DNA from: the human T2T-CHM13v2.0 reference genome, Homo sapiens | NCBI RefSeq assembly: GCF_009914755.1 | Contig: NC_060936.1 | Reading direction: 5' to 3' (one strand) | DNA length: 64,000 nucleotides | Shown here: positions 13,324 through 23,166 of the stretch, in pieces | How positions within the stretch are numbered: the first letter of the stretch is position 1 | How the letters are laid out: the number at the start of each line of letters is the position of its first letter | The notes under the pieces: model-generated | Databases searched by the model: none | Told to the model about the DNA's origin: nothing | Seen by the model: only the letters and a program-made list of their open reading frames with translations | Position numbers and translations under genes: made by a program

Positions 13324-14899
13324 TTGCTCTTCGCCGGTAGCCCGGCGGGCGCGTGGGCTGAGCTGCAGCAGAACTGGGGTGCGGGGACGGACCGGGAGCA
13401 ATCCGTGCTGGAGGCAGTCTCTTGCTGTGCAGGGGGTGGTGCGGCCTGAGGAAGCCTTGCATGGCTATGCTGGGGCTCGAGGCTGGCTGTTAGTCGAGTC
13501 GGCCTCCCCACACTTACAGATCCAGGAGAAGGACAATTCCTGGACTCAGTATCCCATCTATACTTAGGGGGAGATTGTAGGCTGTGTAATTCTTACGGTC
13601 CTGCCCAGGCTATGAGGCCAGCAGGCTGGGGGCGAGAGTCTAGGTAGGAGTGAGAGGAGAATTCCGCTCAGCCCTGGGGTCTCCTCGTTACTGCCGCCAG
13701 CCTCTCAGATTCCCCCCCGCCCTTCAGAATCCAGGGAGGCTTTTTTCCCCTGCTTATTTCCTCCAGAAACACCCCCTTTAGAGATACAGGCTTAGGGGCA
13801 TGGTTAATATGCAGAAATCCTCATCCAACCACAAGACAGGCTGAGCCAGGCTGGAATTCTCATCCCTACCCCACGTATGAGCTCAGAGAGGATTAGGGGC
13901 TTGTCCAGAGTCACACAGCTGGGGCATGGAAAAGCTACCCTCAAAAGGAGATTCCTCTCTTCAGCGTCTGGCTCAACCACCATCAGCATATTTTAATGGG
14001 GAAGTGCCCTTCCCCACTGAAAGGTGCTTTCTTGGAGTATGACCAGGTAGTCCTGAGTGTGGGGTTGGGGGGAAGGCAACTGCCATCTGCCATCACACCT
14101 GGGACTGTGTGACCACTGGCTTGGGGACTTGCTGGACTGATTCACAACCCTCTCCAAGCACCGCCACTAAAGCCACAGAATGACCCCTTACCCTGCCAGA
14201 AAATGACTTTTATCTTTGGCCACAGTCTCCCAGCCTCACTGACCTGCTTCCTGGTCAAACACACGGTTCACCTTGGCACCAGCACCCCGCGGTCACTCCT
14301 GCTGTGGCTCTCCCCTGCTGTCGTCCATTCATTTCTGCTTCACCATCCCCTGCAGAGGCCGGCACACAGTAGGTGCTCAGCTCTGCAGATGCTTATGAAC
14401 AAGTGAACAGGAAAGAGGTGTTGGGGGCAGCCGGGCACAGAGGACCCTAAGAGAGTCCTGACCACGTCTCCAGGATCATCCTCTTATCTGGGGAAAGGGT
14501 CACAGAAAGGGGACAGATGGGCCCCTCGCAAGGCCACCCTAAGCCCGAGGAGACCCCCAATCCCGTCGTCCAGCCTGTTGTATGGCTCTCCACACATTGC
14601 AGGCCTTGCCAGGGAGCCCAAAGGGGGCTTGGCCTGGGCATGGGCCCCTTGCAAAGGAAGCCGATTAACAGCCACGGGAAAATCCCTTTACGTCTCCTAA
14701 TTAACCTGGGCTGGAGACTCACCACCTGCCCCTGGCTTTCTTCCTTCTTTTATCTAGGAAGAACTGAGTGCTGCCTCTGCTAATGAGCTTGTCTGTACTA
14801 ATCAAGCAGGTGCCCTGTCCCCCATCCCCTCTTGGCAGCCGGGAGTGGGGAGGATTGTCCTTCTGATGTGAGCTCTGGGCCCGCAGAGGAAAATCAGAT

Positions 14900-15150
14900 C
14901 TATCATAATAATGGCCATGATGATGAGAATGATAATGTTGACACTGACTCCTTTAAATGAGTTCCGACTTCCTAGGTCAGGGGCTTTGTATGTGTTATTG
15001 GGGACACCAGGTGATGTGCAATGCCTTCCATCTCTCAGATGAGAAAACTGAGGCTCAGGGAGGAATAAGGGACTCGCCCCAGCTTGCACAGCTAAGGAGC
15101 GGCAGAGCTGGGATTCTCAGCCAAGACTCCATGACTCCAGAGCCTTCCCC
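14900..15150 (-). mobile_element. MIR SINE
   Basis: cagatgagaaaactgaggctcagg...ggcagagctgggattc. Confidence 0.82.
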
Positions 15151-16296
15151 AAATCTGTCTTTTCATCACCCCACGCTGCCTTATTGACCATTTTCAAAGA
15201 GTTTGACCCACTTTTTCATGGAAAACTGAGATGGCAGAGCAAGTGGCTGGTGTGGTGGGGGCTGGGGCGGAGCCAGGACTCCAAGCCACCCTCCCAGGTG
15301 GGCAACCCCCCATATCCCCTGTCCTCCCAGCGTGGTGGGGAAGCTTGAAGGCATCTGAGCGCTGCTGGAGGCTCCCCCACATGCTCCCAGCATGACTCAT
15401 TCATTCGGCTTAGCCCCCCGTGGCTTTGCCCTGGTTGGGGGTGGGGCGCCCAGGAGGATCAGTGGTTTCTGGGATAATAGGTACTGGGGCTCCGTGTGAC
15501 CTGTGACCTCCCTCCGCACTCTGGCTGCGTCCCTGCCCCTGGATGGAAGAATTCGACCACCTAGTACCCGGCCCTGCGCAACACCTCCGCTCCGTCACTG
15601 CCTGACCCTGCGCTGGGAACTCATTCCCGGGACCGCCAGGGAATCTGCCCTTCCCAGGAGAACTCCTGGCTGCCTCCGCGTGCTCCTAGGGCCTGCGCGA
15701 AATGGGAAGGCGCATCCTCTAGCCTGGGTAAATAAGGGACCCTGCCTCACCCGGGTGGCCATCCCCAGGCCGCCTTCGCTGTGTTTCAGGTCACCGCACC
15801 CAGCCTGCGCACCCCTAGCCCCCATCCCGGTGCCGTGCAGAGGCTCTGCACACAGCCTCGGCCTCCCGGAGGCCCTCCCCTCTCTCCTCTCCCCTCTCCC
15901 ACAGGCACTCCCTAGCTGTGCCACATTTAACCCGGGACCTCCTGTCCGCGCTCAGTCTTGCAGTCTCTGGCCCCGGCAGACACCACCTCTCCAGAGGTCG
16001 CTGCCCCATCCCGGTGACCCTCCGCTGGCCTCCTCACCCCTCGACCTTGGCAACTCCTACCGCTGCGCCCCAAGACGCCGGATCTAGCTGGGCATCCCCT
16101 CTCTGCATTGCGCACCCCTCCCGCAGCCCCTGTACCCGCGAGCGCCCGCGACCCCCGGCGGGCTCCCGGAGCCTCCCGGCCGGGCGCCCTCCCCCGAACC
16201 GCCGAGCAGTGGCGCGTCCCGCCGCCTACTGGCCGGGCTGCCGCCTGTGCCCCGGCTCCCGGGCGGCCCCTCCCCCGGCCGCGGCCCCGCCCTCCG

Positions 16297-16348
16297 CTCC
16301 TCTCCTCCTCCTCCTCCTCCTACTCCTCCTCCTCCTCCTCCTCCCCCC
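16297..16348. repeat. (TCC)n homopyrimidine tract in the core promoter
   Basis: ~50 nt of C/T interrupted by a single A at 16322. Confidence 0.95.
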
Positions 16349-16413
16349 GGCGCTCGCTCGCTCGCTCACTCTCTCGCTGGCTCGAGGGGCGGCCGGCAGC
16401 TGGCGCTGGCAGA

Positions 16414-16494
16414 GGCGGCGGCGGCGGCGGCGGCGCGACCGGGATGGGACGGGCGCTGGGGCGCAGGAGCCGCGGCGGCGGCGGCGGCGGGGGC
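16414..16494 (+). repeat. Two 5'UTR GGC tracts: (GGC)7 at 16414-16434 and (GGC)5GGGGGC at 16474-16494
   Basis: Read directly from sequence. Confidence 0.95.
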
Positions 16495-16545
16495 CGCGCA
16501 ACTCGGGCCAACTGCGGGGCAGCCGGCCAGGGCGCGGGGCGCTGA
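16444..16545 (+). other. uORF1, 33 aa, MGRALGRRSRGGGGGGGRATRANCGAAGQGAGR
   Basis: GGGATGG context (-3 G, +4 G); (GGC)5-GGG-GGC read as Gly7; TGA at 16543-16545. Confidence 0.65.
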
Positions 16546-16673
16546 GCCTCGGCCGCCCCAGCTCCCCAGCCACGCACGGCCGAGCCCAGGAGAGCGCGCA
16601 GAGGCGCAGCCGAGGAAGCGCCGCCAGCGCCGGCGCCTGCGTCTGGGGAGGAGCGGCGCGCTGGGAGCGAGCC

Positions 16674-16694
16674 ATGCCCGGCGCCCGGGCGTAG
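16674..16694 (+). other. uORF2, MPGARA*, same frame as the main CDS
   Basis: GCCATGC context; TAG at 16692-16694; 108 nt upstream of the main ATG. Confidence 0.65.
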
Positions 16695-16781
16695 CCGCCG
16701 GGGGCTGCTCCGGGAGCCGCGGGCCGGGCCGGGCGCGCGAGAGGAGCAGCCCCGCGCCGCACCCACCGCGCGCCGAGGACC

Positions 16782-16848
16782 ATGCCGCCCCCGGGCCGGG
16801 CGCCGCCGCTCGGGCTCCTGCTGGCGCTGACTGCGCTCCAGTGCCCAG
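16782..16848 (+). CDS. TMEM132B: First coding exon (22 codons + 1 nt, phase 1) encoding a signal peptide MPPPGRAPPLGLLLALTALQCP; probably a TMEM132-family type I membrane protein, most likely TMEM132B
   Basis: ACCATG Kozak; hydrophobic LGLLLALTAL core; strong donor. The LLxLxALxxx| phase-1 exon end matches my recollection of TMEM132C/D/E first exons, whose N-termini differ from this one. The symbol is a recall-based inference; the exon call is firmer than the name. Confidence 0.6.
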
Positions 16849-19800
16849 GTAACGCGTCCCCGGACCCCATCCCCGACCCCGGCCGAGGCGCACAAAGTTG
16901 GGTGAACGGGCGGCTACCTCCTTCTCAAGTCCCTGGCAGCGCGCATCTCCCGGACTTGGACAGACCTGGGGAGACCCTGGGAACCCAGGAGCCCCCGGCG
17001 CGTTCCCCTTTGCCTAGCGCCTGGGGAGAGCCCGCCTGCCTTCTCCCCCAAACCCTTAGCTTCCTTGCGGATCCTTTCGGGACGCACGGGGGCCACAGAC
17101 CGGGGCACTCAGCCTCTCGAGGCGGGTGGGGACGCGACTGCAGGAATCGAGCCCCCTCCCCGCCCTGCCTTGGGCCAAATCCCCCCCAGGTCCCAGTTCC
17201 TCCAGGGGTTTTGCTGGGCGGGGGCGTCGACGCAGCCCTTCTCCAGTGTCTTGCTGCCCGCGGTCGCACAGTGGTGCGTTCCCGGGACACCTGCGGGCCC
17301 CGGAGATGTCTCGGCCGGCGCTGTCTGGCTTGTCCGCAGCCCCTCCCCACGCCCCGCGGCCCTCCCCTGCTTTCACACTGCCCTCCCCAAGCTACCCACC
17401 CTCGCCAAATGGCCTCCTCTTGGCCAAAGAGCAGCCCGCTGCGCGCCTCCTGCAAACGCGGTCTACTCCAGCGCCCTGACCCCAAGGCGGGCGGGAGAGG
17501 GTAGCCGCGGCCAAGCAGTCCAGGACGCGCCGGGGAGCCTGGAACGCGGTGCTGTCCAGAGCCATTGCCTGGGCACCGGGGAGCTGGACTCCCTGCTGAA
17601 CCAGCTCAGCTGTCGCCCAATCCTAGTGAGTGGGAAAAGCAAAATAGTCAGGTATTGTCTGTCTTCGCTGGAGTTTGGAAAGCTTTCTACCCACCTTGGT
17701 GTGGCTACATGTTGGTTCTATAGAAAGCGTATCCTAAAATGACAATTCCTCCCCTCCCCCCACCCCATGCAAGCAGTGGAGAAAATCCTAAAGGCTCAGA
17801 TGAACCCCGGGAACAGTCACGAGCAGCCTTCATGTGCTTTTGAAATCTCAGTTCTCCAAACCTTTTAAAATCAAGACCCATGATTTGGGAACAGGTAGCT
17901 TTTGCTTTAGAAAATCTCTCCCCATTTCCTTAACAAACAAATCGCACAGACAGGCAGAATGCAGTAGAAAAATACAACTATAACTTTTCGGCTTTCACTG
18001 TCTTGGTAAGGTTGCAGTTAGGAGCAAACCTGGCATGTCAACTTGATGTTCGATGTATTTTATTTGCATGGAAAAAGTCAGTGTCGGCTTCCTTTGAGAT
18101 GCCCTTAAGTGACCCAAAATATTTACCAACACCTTCGACTTGAAGAAAACCTTCTATTGGAGATCTCCGTCAGCGTTCGGCTTTGGTTCAGCCTAGAGAA
18201 TGGCATTGGGCTTAACGTGGATGAATCTTGCCTGCTTGGCTAAGGAGCAGCTATGATAGCTGTTTTGCTTTCGGCATTCCTCTGCGGTCCACGAGAGGGG
18301 CTGCTGCTGGGGCCGAGGCTGTTTTCTCTTAGCTGAAGCCCTGGGACCTGTTTGCAAAAGTGCAGTCCCTCGGACTTGAAAATTGCAGTTTTGTCTCTAT
18401 TTTGTTTCTCCACGGGGGTCAGCATTTGCCTGGATGTGCTTATAAGTGAATATCGGAAGTCTCTCAGAGAAGCTGCCTGCATAATGCTTTGTAAGAGAAT
18501 AGGATGGTCCCCCTACCACCCCCCCACCCCCGTCCCCCGCCCTCTCCCCCAGCAACAGAAGAGCCTGTGCCTGGCTCTGGAAGGCCCCATGTTGGGAGGG
18601 AAGGTGAGCTCCCACTGAAACCTGCTGCTGGCCGGCTCTTTGCCTGCTCCCCTGCTGTTCTTTGGGAGAGTCTCAGCAGGGCAGCTCGTTCCGACAAATG
18701 CCGTCCGGGCAGAGCCCCCAGTGCCATCGCCCCGTCCCTGGAAGCACATGCAAGTCTTTAACTGGTCCCTACCAGGGACATAAAGAGACGACAGTTTGAT
18801 AACTCTATATTTAGCACTAGTTAGGAGGGATGGCAAAAAAAAAAAAAAAAAAAAAAAAGAAAAAAAGAAATTCCTGAAAGATACTTAGCTGCCTACACTT
18901 GGTTTTGAGAGGTTCAGAGGAATTAACCAGAGCTTCCTTCAGGGCTGGTTGGATTTTCTGGGTGATTTCTGCCATGGTTTACCGACCCCCTTTGGCTGAG
19001 GCTCTGGAAGAGGGGCTGGAAGAGTTCAGAGGCAAAGATGCGCACACTGTCTCCCATCACACACACGCAGGGACTGGCTTCTTTGTCCCCCACCCCCCTT
19101 CCTGCGTGGGTAGCTGCCATGGTAAAGAGTAGGGTGGGTGTACTTCTTTCAGCCTTGCAAGTGCTTAAACATATGGAACTGTACTTGGTAAGAGTCAGCA
19201 CAAATCCCCCAGCTTAGCGACTAGGGGGCCCCTATTATTCGAGCCACTTTTGTACATGCTGTGGCTTTGCAAATTAGCGGTGCAGTTACAGTCCCTGCTG
19301 AGGAAAATGAACGAATCTTGCTTCGTTGACTCATTATGCACGGGGGTCTAGGGTCTATGAAATCAGGGTGGGTGGAGCACCCCCACCTGCCCCACGACAG
19401 AGGGGCCACATTGAGTGGCAGGGGGGAGCTTTGGCTTTCAGGGCAGAGGCTCTCTTCCTCCTGCCTGGCACCTTGGTGTGGCATGTGGTATATTTCTCAT
19501 TACAATAGTGATGGGGGGGGGTGCCTGTGTGTGGCGCTGCCCTTCAGAGAGGTGGCATTGGGAAGTGGTGGGGAGTGGTATGCAAATGTCGTCGCCTTCT
19601 CCAGTGATTTAATGGCTGCACAGTGGAGGTTCCCAGAGTAAATCATTTCATCCCCTCTCCTCCCACCGGATGCAGGGAGTTGGGGAGGCGTGGGGCTTCT
19701 GCATGAGCTACTGCACTCAGAGCCAACAATGAGCACGGTGGTTGCCTTGATCCAAGGGAGCAAAAGAAAACCCTCATTTGTTGGCTGGGAGTCTGGGGTG

Positions 19801-20349
19801 GGGGTGGTCTCTGGGCCGGCAAAGCCCTTTCAGGGGCCTTGTTCCCAGATGCGTCTCCCAGCTCTATGCGGCTGGGTGGCTCCTTTCTTCTCTTCTGTGT
19901 CTCAATTTGAATGGGGATGGAGGGGGTCCGTTTCCCCTGAAGCCATGGGACTCAGCAATCACTGTGGCGAGATGGAGGCACCCTGGTACCGTGGGTGACG
20001 GGGGTGCTGCCAACTCTTCAGCAGAGTAGGTGGGTTGACTTCTAGAGCAAGAGGGTGCCTCAGAGCCCCTCCTTCAGCAGCCCCCGGCAGATGGGAAGGA
20101 GACTTGGGCACAGGGACCGCCTGTTCAGGGTCACACAGTGAATTGGAGGCCTGGGCTCCCCTCTCCTTAACTCCTCACCTATGACTTTCTAACCCTGTAC
20201 CTGGGAGCTCTTCTGGTAGAGGAGTTCTACCATACAGTCCTTTAGGGAACTGTGACTCCATACAAGGATCCCAAGGTCATGAGAATGACAGCCGCCTGGC
20301 CTGGCCAAGACAGCCAGTGTCAAATCCGAAAGTTAGAGAGCAAGTCTTA

Positions 20350-21279
20350 GTGGTGATGGTGATGGGAAAGGGGTGGTGATGGGGATGGGAAAGGGGTGGT
20401 GATGGGAAGAGGTGGTGATGGTGATGGGAAGGGGTGGTGATGGGGATGGGAAAGGGGTGGTGGTGGGAAGGGGTGGTGATGGTGATGGGAAGGGGTGGTG
20501 ATGGTGATGGGGAAGGGGTGGTGATGGTGATGGTGATGGTGATAGTGATGGTGATAGGGAAGGGGTGATGATGGTGATGATGGGGAAGGGGTGGTGATGG
20601 TGATAGTGATGGTGATGGTGATGGGGAAGGGGTGGCGATGGTGATGGGGAAGGGGTGGTGATGGGGAAGGGGTGGTGATGGTGATGGGGAAGGGGTGGTG
20701 ATGGTGATGGCAAGGGGTGGTGATGGTGATGGGGAAGGGTGGTGATGGGAAGGGGTGGTGATGTTGATGGGAAGGGGTGGTGATGGTGATGGGGAAGGGG
20801 TGGTGATGGTGATGGGGAAGGGTGGTGATGGGGAAGGGGTGGTGATGGTGATGGGGAAGGGGTGGTGATGGTGATGGGGAAGGGGTGGTGGTGGTGATGG
20901 GGAAGGGGTGGTGGTGGTGATAGGGAAGGGGTGGTGATGGTGACGGGGAAGGGGTGGTGATGGGGAAGGGGTGGTGGTGGTGATGGTGATGGTGATGGGG
21001 AAGGGGTGGTGATGGTGATGGGAAGGGGTGGTGATGGTGACGGGGAAGGGGTGGTGGTGGTGGTGGGGAAGGGGTGGTGATGGTGATGGGGAAGGGGTGG
21101 CGATGGTGATGGGGAAGGGGTGGTGGTGGTGATGGTGACAGTGACGGGAAAGGGGTGGTGATGGTGACAGGGAAGGGGTGGTGGTGGTGATGGTGACAGT
21201 GACGGGGAAGGGGTGGTGATGGTGATGGGGAAGGGGTGGTGGTGGTGATGGTGATGGTGATGGGGAAGGGGTGGTGATG
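20350..21279. repeat. G-rich VNTR, variable ~23-bp unit GGTGATGGTGATGGGGAAGGGGT, ~38 cores
   Basis: GGAAGGGG cores counted by eye, separated by variable (GGT/GAT)n; almost no C on the + strand. Confidence 0.95.
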
Positions 21280-21822
21280 AAAGCAGGTGCTTCTTCCTGT
21301 GCTGCAGGCACCATCCAGGCCTTTCCCTGCATGAACTTGATGGGATGCTCACCACTCTGGCAAGTGGACACTCTCATTATTCCTAGTTTACAAGGGAGGA
21401 TCTGGAGGTCCAGAGATGCTAAGTAACTTGGCTGAGGTCACACAGGATTAGGATCCCAGCCCAGGCACTGGTCTGTGTCTTACCCAGCACCTCACGCAAC
21501 CAAATTTCACTCTCTAGCCTTGTGCGGAATGGTGTGGCCCGGCCTCTGAACCAGCCAGGCTTATACTCCCAGGTGGTGGGTAGTCGTTAAGCTCCTTTGA
21601 TGTGCTAGCCTTTGCCGAGTCTTTCACTTCCTTTCTGTTCCCTCTCTCTTTGCAACAAATAAATGTATTAACGCAAACTAAGGCTTAGAGCCGTAGAAAT
21701 CAAACACATCAGAGTCAACTCTGTAGGCAACTGGGAGTCCTTTCAGATTCTGTGCCCCTGAGTGATTAGATGGCTATGTTGAACGGCAAGACTTTGGCAG
21801 GCCGAATTTTGGTCTCATGCAC

Positions 21823-22090
21823 TGGAATACTGGTTTATCCCCTTGGCCACTGTGAGACTCAGTTTTCCCATCTGTAAAATGGGCCCCAAAATTCTCCCTG
21901 GCTGTTCTCATTACAAGGCTGGGGACTTCAGCAAGAAAGAGGTTCATAAATAACAATGGTGTGCTGATGCGTGAGGCTGTTAGCACAGGGCATGAGTCCC
22001 AGGACAGGAAAGGAGGCAAGAAAGGAAGGGCTGATTGGGGACACGTGCTGCAGCCATCACAGCTGCAAAGAGAAGAATCATGTACCTCAG
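21823..22090 (+). repeat. Local duplication, copy 1 (paired with 22868-23166)
   Basis: Long near-identical runs, e.g. AAATTCTCCCTGGCTGTTCTCATTACAAGGCTGGG and GAGTCCCAGGACAGGAAAGGAGGCAAGAAAGGAAGGGCTGA. Confidence 0.92.
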
Positions 22091-22094
22091 AATT

Positions 22095-22345
22095 AGTAGT
22101 AACACAATAACTAACCCTGCTGTTGGGCACACTGTGTGTTCTTAGCCCTTCGTTAGATTTTATTTCACGGATTCTTCAACAACCCTAATGGGGTAGGGAC
22201 TTCTGTTTGTCCCATTTTACAGATACGCAAACTGAGGCCCAGAGAGGCAATGTGAGGTTTGCAAAGTCACACAGCCAATAAGTGATGGGGTGCAAGTGTG
22301 AACCCTGGTGTGTCTGTCCCAGAGTTGGTTCTCTTAGCTACTACA
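22095..22345 (-). mobile_element. MIR SINE
   Basis: cccattttacagatacgcaaactgaggcccagagagg. Confidence 0.85.
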
Positions 22346-22499
22346 TTCAGTTCATGGGCACTGAAGTTTTGGTGCAATTTATTGGATTTTGAGGCTGATT
22401 TGCACCCAAGGGATTAAGGGATGTGTCTTGAGTCAAGGGGAGAGTTGGGTTTTTTGTGAGAAACAGAGTTTGGAGAATTTTCCCCTCCCCCAACCCCCA

Positions 22500-22655
22500 T
22501 TTATTTTAGAAATGAGGTCTTGCTCTGTTTCCAGGCTGGAGTGCATTGGCTCAGTCATAGCACACTGCAGCCTCAGACTCCCGGGCTGAAGACATTCTCT
22601 TGCCTTGGCCTCTCAAAGTGCTGGGATTATAGGTGTTGAGCCACCATGCCTGGCT
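22500..22655 (-). mobile_element. Alu monomer (FRAM-like or left/right-arm recombinant AluJ)
   Basis: Left-arm-type 5' end joined to right-arm-type 3' end over ~155 bp. Confidence 0.85.
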
Positions 22656-22867
22656 GAAACCTGTCCCTTCTAAAGTCCACCTCCTCATTCGGGAGCCCCG
22701 GCCTGCTTCGGCAGGAGGGACTTGGCGTTTGTGGAAACAGCAGATGTGGAAGGCCCCTGGAAGGCGGATGGCTGCAAACTTCTCTTGTTAGTCACCAGGA
22801 TTTACAAATTCAGAGATGTCAGTGTCACAATCCAGTTTCTGTCTTTGCTCAATAAATTGGGAGATCT

Positions 22868-23166
22868 TGGAATACTGGTTTAGCCCCTTGGCCTCTGTGA
22901 GACTCAGTTTTCCCATCTGTAAAATGGGCGCCGAAATTCTCCCTGGCTGTTCTCATTACAAGGCTGGGTGGTTCAGCAAGAAAGAGGTTTGTAAACAACA
23001 ACGGCGTGCTGATGCCATTGTTGTGCTAACAACAACAGCCTAACAGCCCTGAGGCTGTTAGCACAGGGCACGAGTCCCAGGACAGGAAAGGAGGCAAGAA
23101 AGGAAGGGCTGACTGGGGACACATGCAACCATCACAGCTGCAAAGAGAAGAATCATGAACCATCAG
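22868..23166 (+). repeat. Local duplication, copy 2, with a 34-nt extra segment at 23016-23049
   Basis: Manual alignment to 21823-22090. Confidence 0.92.

Larger units (their letters stand above)
16368..16848 (+). other. Predicted first exon (5'UTR plus start of CDS); TSS position approximate
   Basis: Inr-like TCACTCT (A at 16368) just after the (TCC)n/(CGCT)n tract; exon ends at donor CAG|GTAACG (16848/16849). Confidence 0.7.
15480..17620. promoter_or_regulatory. CpG island promoter
   Basis: Sharp rise in GC and CpG density against CpG-depleted flanks; GC box GGCCCCGCCC (~16283-16292); no interspersed repeats; encloses the first exon. Confidence 0.93.

Noticed and set aside
17548-17568. 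GGTGCTGTCC RE1 half-site at the edge of the CpG island
   Set aside because: The partner half-site is absent
15503-17742. Many long overlapping ORFs on both strands, including the 240-aa ORF 16782-17504
   Set aside because: Stop-codon scarcity in the CpG island; only the first 67 nt of 16782-17504 are supported, and the rest runs through a strong splice donor into the intron
18835-18870. Orphan poly(A) tract as a processed pseudogene or retrocopy tail
   Set aside because: No recognisable upstream body and no target-site duplication
20277-21377. 366-aa and 340-aa His/Pro/Thr-rich ORFs on the minus strand
   Set aside because: Translations of the G-rich VNTR; they cycle through all three frame patterns and lack gene context
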